DNA of 15,750 nt, taken from positions 1 through 15,750 of the forward strand of contig JAYUUO010000071.1 of assembly GCA_043754515.1 (NCBI GenBank). Direction: 5' to 3'. Positions 9,712 through 15,750 of the stretch are shown in pieces; the stretch's first letter is position 1, and every line of letters starts with the position of its first letter. A program made the position numbers and the translations under genes. The notes beneath the pieces were generated by a model. That model did not search any database. It had not been told where the DNA came from and was given only the letters and a program-made list of their open reading frames with translations. The stretch is from Armatimonadota bacterium. Lineage in GTDB: Bacteria > Armatimonadota > Armatimonadia > Armatimonadales > Armatimonadaceae.

Positions 9712-10092
9712 ATGGTTCCGCCGCAACCGCTCCCGCTCGTCTTCCTCGGCGGCGCGGAAAAAGATCTACAAAAACTGGTTAGCGATGCTCAGGACGTTTT
9801 CGTGACAGCACTCGAAATGGCGCGTGTTGGCAGAACACACCCGGATGCGAAACCAATAAAAGGCTACGGTGGGCTTCCTATCTACGAAGTCAAGGCAGAT
9901 GCGGACAGTGACACGTACCATCTGATGTACTTGGTGAAGGTCGGCAACGCGCTATATGTTCTGCTCGTCATCAAGAAGAAGAGCACATCGGGCATCGGCT
10001 TAGACAAGCAAGATGAGCGGATGCTACAAGCCCGCGTCGTTCACGCCGAAGAGCATTTCCAGACCAACCACCCCGTAAAAAAGAAGGGATAA
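9712..10092 (+). CDS. Type II TA toxin, RelE/ParE superfamily (Gp49/DUF891-like)
   Basis: F.G.A.KDL, AL..A..G..HPDAKP.KGY, IYEV...D.DTY...Y.VK....YVL...KKKSTSGI. Lies upstream of an XRE HTH gene (toxin-first, HigBA-like order). Confidence 0.85.
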   Translation: MVPPQPLPLVFLGGAEKDLQKLVSDAQDVFVTALEMARVGRTHPDAKPIKGYGGLPIYEVKADADSDTYHLMYLVKVGNALYVLLVIKKKSTSGIGLDKQDERMLQARVVHAEEHFQTNHPVKKKG

Positions 10093-10098
10093 CTACCG

Positions 10099-10446
10099 AT
10101 GATCGAAACTGAGCATACCGTTGACGAATTTACCGTAGTTGTAACGGACGCGAACCTGCATCGCGCTCTTGACCTGCCGAACGCCGAAGAGCGGCATACA
10201 AAAATGCAACTCGCGCTTCGCTTCTCCGAAGTGATCGCCGAATCCGGCCTGACATCGCCCGACGTTACAAATCGCACGAATCTGTCGCGGTCCGAAATCT
10301 CGGATATCGAGCGTGGGAAAACCGGCGGATTCACGATAGACCGACTACTAAAGGCGTTGACCGCGCTCAATCAAAACGTCGAGATCCGTGTCACGCCGTC
10401 GCGGGAGGTGGCCTATCTCACCGCGCACGTTTATGCGGGTGTTTGA
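10099..10446 (+). CDS. XRE-family HTH antitoxin
   Basis: N....LDLPNAEE...K.QL, GLT..., ISDIERGK..GFTIDRLL..L.AL...VEI.V. Starts 6 bp after the toxin stop. Confidence 0.85.
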   Translation: MIETEHTVDEFTVVVTDANLHRALDLPNAEERHTKMQLALRFSEVIAESGLTSPDVTNRTNLSRSEISDIERGKTGGFTIDRLLKALTALNQNVEIRVTPSREVAYLTAHVYAGV

Positions 10447-10463
10447 CGGGGCGGACGTGTTGC

Positions 10464-10985
10464 TTAGTGTATAATCGTGGCTCCCACAAATGACCGGGCA
10501 CTCGCTGTTGTCTGTTCGGCGGCGTAAACGACATGTCCCCATAGGCAACAGAACATTTCGCCGCCCATTGCCGCCAGCGACTCGCCGATCATCCACGGCT
10601 TCACCGAACCGTTACCCGCCCCGAAAGTGCCGCCACACTCGCCGCAATGGAAAGTATCGAAGCGGCGCTCGAATATCATCGTGTCTACTCGCAGATGTAC
10701 TTCGGTGAGTTGGTACTCGTCGGGCAAGCCGGATTCGAGCCAGTCCTTCATGGAGGCTAACAATTTGTATTCAGTGGGATGCCATGAAGCTAGCCGCCCC
10801 GACGAATAGGGGGGCGAGTCGTCCCGGTGGCGGCTCCGCCCGAATAGTGTCGTGTAACGCTCCTCCGCGAGCCGCAGTCGCTCCGCGAGCCGCTCGCGAA
10901 ACACGACTCCGCGAAAGGTAAACTCGCTGGGTTCCCAAAACGGTATATCGGTATGTCGCCGCTCCGGTAGTAGTCGAACAATCAT
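10464..10985 (-). CDS. Hypothetical protein with C-terminal CxxC...CxxxH/CxxxxH cluster
   Basis: 173-aa ORF. ATG overlaps the upstream TGA (ATGA, 10982-10985). Contains FHCGECG...GGEMFCCLWGHVVY. Confidence 0.6.
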   Translation of the reverse strand: MIVRLLPERRHTDIPFWEPSEFTFRGVVFRERLAERLRLAEERYTTLFGRSRHRDDSPPYSSGRLASWHPTEYKLLASMKDWLESGLPDEYQLTEVHLRVDTMIFERRFDTFHCGECGGTFGAGNGSVKPWMIGESLAAMGGEMFCCLWGHVVYAAEQTTASARSFVGATIIH

Positions 10986-11638
10986 CGCGCCTCTCCCGGC
11001 GGCCTCTGCCCGCCGGGCGGTGTATTGCTTAGAATACCTGTCAAGGTAGCGAGCAGTTCCGGCAAATCATCCGGCAAGGTGAACTGTCGAATGTCTTGCG
11101 TCACCTGCTTTGTTTCCCGGTGTAATGTACCAAACCGCCATACGTCACCGACCGATACCGCGCCATAAAGTGTGGGTATCCTCGGATCGGCGAAGGCGTC
11201 GAGCGCGATCAGTTCGGCGTCGAGTTGGGTAAACCCGCGTGCCATGTCCGCGTTTTTCGCCTCCACGACAAGAAGCGCGGACTGTTTTTCGAGGTAAAAA
11301 TCAAGCCGTCCGCGCAGTCGTGGGGATACGTTCACCGCGTATTCGGAATGTAGTTCGGCGTCAACGGTTACTGACACATCGAAGAGGATTGGCGCGAGGA
11401 AGAATTCACGGCGCGTCGTTTCGGCGACCATCGCGACACGCTAGAGGGTGAGGAGAATCCGATCTTGTAGGGGTATCACCCAGTCCGCCGCGCCCATATC
11501 GCTCCGCGATAAGGACAGCATCGCCCGACTGAAGCCGTAGCCCAGTTGTGCTATGATGACGCCGGTCTCCGCCGTAAATTCGAAATAATCATGGAAGCAT
11601 TCGACGTGAGCGGGCAAGACGAGCGATGGGGTAGCCAT
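10982..11638 (-). pseudogene. PD-(D/E)XK-like uncharacterised protein, interrupted by in-frame TAG at 11443-11441
   Basis: ORFs 11441-11638 and 10982-11431 are in the same frame (...LLTL*RVAMVAETTRREFFLAPIL). Motifs F.DYF, LGY, E..RREF..APIL, G.LDFYL, LLVVEAKNAD..RGFTQL.AELIALD, YGAVS.GDVWRFG.L. Confidence 0.8.
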
Positions 11639-11644
11639 GGCATC

Positions 11645-11652
11645 AGTTTACC
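11645..11652 (-). promoter_or_regulatory. Putative leaderless -10 element (GGTAAACT) 6 nt before ATG 11638
   Basis: Minus strand GGTAAACT-gatgcc-ATG. Confidence 0.5.
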
Positions 11653-11932
11653 TGGTTTCGCTATCATGCTGGCTGAGTAGTGCACTTACTATCGGTGACG
11701 CGACGCGGACCTGGTTCGCGCTCGGCGGTGATAATTTCGGCCGCGTCGCGCTCGGTATCGTTCAGCATCAATTCGTCCATATCGGAATCACTTCGGTTGC
11801 TGGTGCGTCGACTGCACGACGGGCAGGAAGTGGTAGCCCGACGGGAGAGTACATTCAGCGCATCCTATAGAGATCCGCACGTTTCATCGCTTCGTCTAAA
11901 TAAATACGCCCCATATCCGGTATAAAGCACAC

Positions 11933-12727
11933 ATGAGCACGGCAAAAAACGAGTTGCGATCCCTGAAGAAGTCTCTACTCAACTACTATACTAGTCTGAC
12001 CGAACTTGTTGCATCTGTTGCGATCCTGGCAGACCGACCCAGATTCATCATATAGATGGAGACTCTAGCAACAACGACATCGCAAATCTTTCATCATCTG
12101 CCTGCTTTGCCATAATGAAACTCAGTTGGTTGGTGGCTTCGCGAAAAAATTGACCCCCGCGCTAGTTACCCTCCATCGCGATAAGTGGGTATCCCGTATT
12201 CAATCGCGCAGGAACGATGCTGATAAAATAGCGACGGCCCGTACGGCAGGAGTTGTCACACCCCCCGTTGATGGAGTCTCCCAACATGAGTCAATTCCTA
12301 ACCCTCGAACTCTGTGGATAAATCAGGTCCCTGCATTCCGAAAAGCTATACATGTGCGTTCTCAACTGAAATGGCATTCGGGGAGCACATCAAAAATGAA
12401 CGAGGGTTGCTATGATGTGATTGATGTGCTGGAGAATGTTCTCTCGACACTTGCAACATGGTACCCTCCAATCACTTCGGCAACAAAACACCACGGGATT
12501 ATATGAATGCCGTGACTGCATCGCGGTTCGAATGGCATCGGGCGCATTTAGAACCTGATGGAATTGGTACGGGCGGTACTATGATCAGCACGATGGTCGG
12601 CGGTGAAGTAATCGGCGACCTAGAGGCAATGGTAGTCGATGTCGTTAGCTCATTGGCGATCCACTTCGATGACTTCGATTTCAAATCGTGGAAGGAGTAA
12701 TGGGATCAGGTGTCCATGGGCACATGA
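11933..12727 (+). pseudogene. HNH endonuclease-domain protein pseudogene (3 frameshifts, 2 in-frame stops)
   Basis: Stitched translation: MSTAK/KRVAIPEEVSTQLLY*SDRTCCICCDPGRPTQIHHIDGDSSNNDIANL/IICLLCHNETQLVGGFAKKLTPALVTLHRDKW...LATWYP/NHFGNKTP...FDFKSWKE*WDQVSMGT*. Shows the CxxC...HHID...N...NL...CxxCH HNH signature. Confidence 0.82.
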
Positions 12728-12885
12728 ATGAAAACTACCCGCTTGCCCCGATTTACTTGTTCTCGCGGTTTCGCACATGATAGCTCACTTTACGTCGAAC
12801 AGTTCATAAGTCCTGCGCGGCGCGGATAGAAGCAAAGTTTCTATAGTGACGACGCGGTGTAGGCGGGAAACCCGCGCCGCTTCGC

Positions 12886-12893
12886 GGTAACAT
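12886..12893 (+). promoter_or_regulatory. Putative leaderless -10 element (GGTAACAT) 6 nt before trpB ATG
   Basis: GGTAACAT-gagcgc-ATG(12900); no clear SD. Confidence 0.5.
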
Positions 12894-12899
12894 GAGCGC

Positions 12900-14120
12900 A
12901 TGACAACCACAGCGACTGTGCCGTTTACCTCCCAGCCGGACGCGCTGGGACACTTCGGGCGATTCGGAGGCCGCTATGTCCCGGAAACCCTGATTCCCGC
13001 CCTGGACGAACTCGCCGAACAGTACGAGCGGGCGAAAGCCGACCCCGCGTTCCGCGCCGAACTCGCCTCGCTTCTCAAAGAGTATGTCGGGCGCGAAACG
13101 CCGCTCACGTTCGCCGCGAACATCACCCGCGAACTGGGCGGCCCTAAGATTTATATGAAGCGCGAGGACCTGTGTCACACTGGGGCGCACAAGATCAACA
13201 ACACCATCGGGCAGATCCTGCTGGCACGGCGGATGGGCAAGCCGCGTATCATCGCGGAGACTGGCGCGGGACAGCACGGCGTGGCGACCGCGACCGTTTG
13301 CGCCAAATTCGGGTTTCCTTGCACCGTATATATGGGCGCGGAAGACATCAAGCGGCAAGCACTAAACGTTTTTCGGATGCGGATCATGGGCGCGGAAGTC
13401 CGCCCGGTCACATCGGGGACGCAGACGCTGAAGGACGCCATGAACGACGCGATGCGCGACTGGATGGCGAACGTCGGCGACACGCACTACATCATCGGCT
13501 CGGTCGCGGGTCCGCACCCGTTCCCGATGATGGTGCGCGATTTCCAGGCTATTATCGGCGAGGAGACGCGGCGGCAGACGCTGGAGCGCGAAGGGCAGTT
13601 GCCGGACGCCGTGGTGGCGTGCGTCGGCGGCGGCTCCAACGCGATGGGTATTTTCTACCCGTTCATCGGCGACGAGTCGGTGCGCCTGATCGGGGTCGAG
13701 GCGGCGGGCGAGGGCGTGGACACCGAGCGGCACGCGGCGACATTGACGAAGGGGCGGCCCGGCGTGCTACACGGCTCGCAGACCTACCTGTTGCAGGACG
13801 TGCACGGGCAGATTCAGGAGGCGCACTCGGTTTCGGCGGGCCTCGATTACCCCGGCGTTGGCCCCGAACACTCCTCGTTCAAGGATCGGGGGCGCGCGGA
13901 GTATGTGTCCGTCACCGACGCCGACGCGTTGGACGCGTTCGGCTGGGTCTCGCGGCGCGAGGGGATCATCCCGGCACTCGAAACCTCGCACGCGTTCGCG
14001 TACCTGAAAACGCTGGCGAAAACCATGACGCCCGATCAGATCGTGGTCGTGAACCTGTCCGGACGCGGCGATAAGGATGTCAACACCGTGATGTCGCGCC
14101 TCGCTATGCTCGGCGACTGA
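12900..14120 (+). CDS. trpB: Tryptophan synthase beta subunit
   Basis: [27 protein letters not shown] (PLP lysine), [57 protein letters not shown]. Confidence 0.98.
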   Translation: MTTTATVPFTSQPDALGHFGRFGGRYVPETLIPALDELAEQYERAKADPAFRAELASLLKEYVGRETPLTFAANITRELGGPKIYMKREDLCHTGAHKINNTIGQILLARRMGKPRIIAETGAGQHGVATATVCAKFGFPCTVYMGAEDIKRQALNVFRMRIMGAEVRPVTSGTQTLKDAMNDAMRDWMANVGDTHYIIGSVAGPHPFPMMVRDFQAIIGEETRRQTLEREGQLPDAVVACVGGGSNAMGIFYPFIGDESVRLIGVEAAGEGVDTERHAATLTKGRPGVLHGSQTYLLQDVHGQIQEAHSVSAGLDYPGVGPEHSSFKDRGRAEYVSVTDADALDAFGWVSRREGIIPALETSHAFAYLKTLAKTMTPDQIVVVNLSGRGDKDVNTVMSRLAMLGD

Positions 14121-14138
14121 GAGCCGGGAGACCAACCG

Positions 14139-14624
14139 ATGCCCGTCCGCCGTAGCCCCGGTGTTGAAATACTGCTCCTGCTACGGTGGACGGTGGCGGC
14201 GGGCGAGCTCACGCCCGCCGCCGTGACTAAACTCGGCCCGTATATCACGCGCTACGCCGAGACGCTGAACACACGGGTACACGCGGTCGGTGGGGTAGCG
14301 GATCACCTGCATCTGCTCGCCGACATCCCGCCCGACATGCCCGCCGAGCGGGTGTCGAAGGAGTTACACGCGCCGACGGCGCGGTATCTGCGCGACGTGC
14401 TCAATGTCCGCGACTTCGCCTGGGAAGTAGCGGGCGTTTCTGTCGTTTCGGTGTCGCCGGGGGAACGTGAGTTGGTCGTCGCGTATCTTGCGGATCAGGA
14501 GGCGCGGCATGCAAGCGGCGATCTGATCCCGGCGTATGAGAGCGGCGGGGCGGCGACGGTCGTCCCCGCCTCCACGGGCGAGGAGCTTCCCGGTTGGCTC
14601 GTGGACGCGATGAAGCGGGGATAG
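14139..14624 (+). CDS. IS200/IS605-type Y1 (HUH) transposase-like protein, divergent
   Basis: HAVGGVADHLHLL..IPP (HUH), FAW......SVS, AYLADQEARH (Y...Q). The N-terminal H.VW.TKYR-type motif is degenerate. Confidence 0.7.
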   Translation: MPVRRSPGVEILLLLRWTVAAGELTPAAVTKLGPYITRYAETLNTRVHAVGGVADHLHLLADIPPDMPAERVSKELHAPTARYLRDVLNVRDFAWEVAGVSVVSVSPGERELVVAYLADQEARHASGDLIPAYESGGAATVVPASTGEELPGWLVDAMKRG

Positions 14625-14701
14625 AGTGTCGGAGCGACCCGCCGCCGGGAGAGCCGTGCCCCTTGTTGCCACCACCGTCGAATACGCCGACAAAGAGTCT
14701 T

Positions 14702-15388
14702 ATGGCATCATCAACCGAAGCGTCTCGTCTTGCCGAACACTGTCGGGCGCGGTTGTCGCTCGAATCACTACCGACCACGAACGGGCGCGCCTATGTGCAT
14801 CTACCGCTCTGCATTCTGGATTCGGTCTGGTCCATTAGAGTTCGATATAGCGGCGTCGCGAATATCGTCGCGAGGTATCGCGCCCACTATGCGGTAGACG
14901 CTGGGGCTGAATTGGCGCACACCGTGTCTGAAATAATCGCGAATATAGAAGCCGTCGGGGTTGCGTCGTTCGCCACGGAAGTTGTGAAGAACTCGCAACG
15001 GACGTCGCCACGGGGCGGGGTTCTGAAAGCCGACGCGGTTCTACAATGGGCGCGGGTTCTGCGGTCGCAACGAATAGAAACCTTTGCCGGTTTGCCCGCC
15101 TACGGGGCAGACCATGCCATGGAGGCTCGGTTGCAAACTATTCCCGGTCAGGGTAGCGGGATCTCGCTCCGCTACTTCTTCATGCTTTGCGGCGACGAAT
15201 CGCTCATCAAGCCGGACCAGATGACCGCGCGGTTTCTCGAAGCGGCACTGAGCCGGTCTGTGTCGCCGGGCGAAATGCAGACGCTCTATTCCGAGGCTTG
15301 CTCTGTACTCAACGCCCGTTTTCCTAGTCTAACCCCACGCCTTTTAGATAATGCCGTCTGGCGTTATCAGCGAGCAGTCATGGCATAG
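14702..15388 (+). CDS. Conserved hypothetical protein, possible HhH (DNA glycosylase-like) fold
   Basis: Y..L.LCILDSVWSI..RY, N.QRTS.RGG.LKA.AV, IPGQGSGISLRYF.ML.G, KPD.M..RF, LD.AVW.YQR. ATG 14702 is preferred to the ORF-track start, which overlaps the previous gene. Confidence 0.65.
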   Translation: MASSTEASRLAEHCRARLSLESLPTTNGRAYVHLPLCILDSVWSIRVRYSGVANIVARYRAHYAVDAGAELAHTVSEIIANIEAVGVASFATEVVKNSQRTSPRGGVLKADAVLQWARVLRSQRIETFAGLPAYGADHAMEARLQTIPGQGSGISLRYFFMLCGDESLIKPDQMTARFLEAALSRSVSPGEMQTLYSEACSVLNARFPSLTPRLLDNAVWRYQRAVMA

Positions 15389-15495
15389 TGAATCATACTT
15401 TCGGCGCGGGCGTGGCGGGCTGACCGGGATGTTGCTATCTCGTCCCTGTACAACCGAAACCCGATTCGCTCCTGCATCCCACGGATTTGTGCCCC

Positions 15496-15750
15496 CAAGG
15501 CGATTGCATTTAACTGTTTTTCTCTGTTTGCCCTGCCAATATGGTCAGCAGATAATCGTTGTCCCAACCCGCCTTCAAACGCTTGGCTTTCAGGCTCGCC
15601 TCGACAGACGTGTCCCGCTTGACTAATGCCAAGGCCAAACGGCGCAACGGCACCAGGTTAGCAGGAGCATTGTCGCGCCTCACCCGACTTTCATCCTCCC
15701 GGAATGCCACATCTAAAACCCAGTCAGAGAAACCGCCTGAGCGGTTTTCT
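15496..15750 (-). mobile_element. ISAs1-family insertion sequence, 3' end (transposase C-terminus 15510-15750 plus terminal inverted repeat)
   Basis: WVLDVAFREDESRVR.DNAP.NL..LRRLAL.L...SLKAKR.KAGWDNDYLL.IL is the ISAs1 C-terminus. After the TAA the minus strand reads ATGCAATCGCCTTG (15509-15496), resembling ISAs1-type ends (ATGC.ATTGCCCTG-like). Confidence 0.88.

Noticed and set aside
11655..11930. Short ORFs and a 10-bp inverted repeat (CGCGACGCGG/CCGCGTCGCG) between the divergent pseudogenes
   Set aside because: No recognisable protein motifs in any frame, and the repeat is low-complexity GC.
9252..12700. Stop-codon reassignment or pyrrolysine readthrough to explain four in-frame TAA/TAG stops
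   Set aside because: Both TAA and TAG end normal genes in this window (kptA, PNPOx-like, VanW, gnd). The stops are confined to accessory genes, two of which also show frameshifts or motif decay.
14123..14652. 9-bp direct repeat GCCGGGAGA flanking the Y1 transposase-like ORF
   Set aside because: Y1 transposases do not create target-site duplications, and a 9-bp GC-rich match is plausible by chance.

Overview
GC-rich bacterial chromosomal window. The prepilin/H-X9-DG protein signature suggests Armatimonadota or a relative (inference). Left part: 5'-truncated RNA 2'-phosphotransferase (KptA/Tpt1), a general-stress PNPOx-like protein and a VanW-family protein. A minus-strand cluster follows, in which a compact cobalamin riboswitch precedes a prepilin-type DUF1559/H-X9-DG gene, a signal-less BtuF-like binding protein and a DUF72 protein ending in a beta-clamp motif. 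Divergent from it is a gnd-zwf pair whose cofactor fingerprints both look NAD+-type, then a DUF4240 gene. About 8.8-12.8 kb is a decaying accessory patch: two PD-(D/E)XK-like genes each broken by one in-frame stop, an intact RelE/HTH toxin-antitoxin pair, a Cys/His hypothetical gene, and a multiply broken HNH nuclease gene largely missed by the ORF track. Right part: trpB (no adjacent trpA), a degenerate Y1/HUH transposase-like gene, an HhH-like hypothetical gene and the 3' end of an ISAs1-family element. The best candidate for an undescribed system is the B12-riboswitch-controlled pseudopilin next to the BtuF-like gene. All family calls come from motif recognition by eye; no searches were run.
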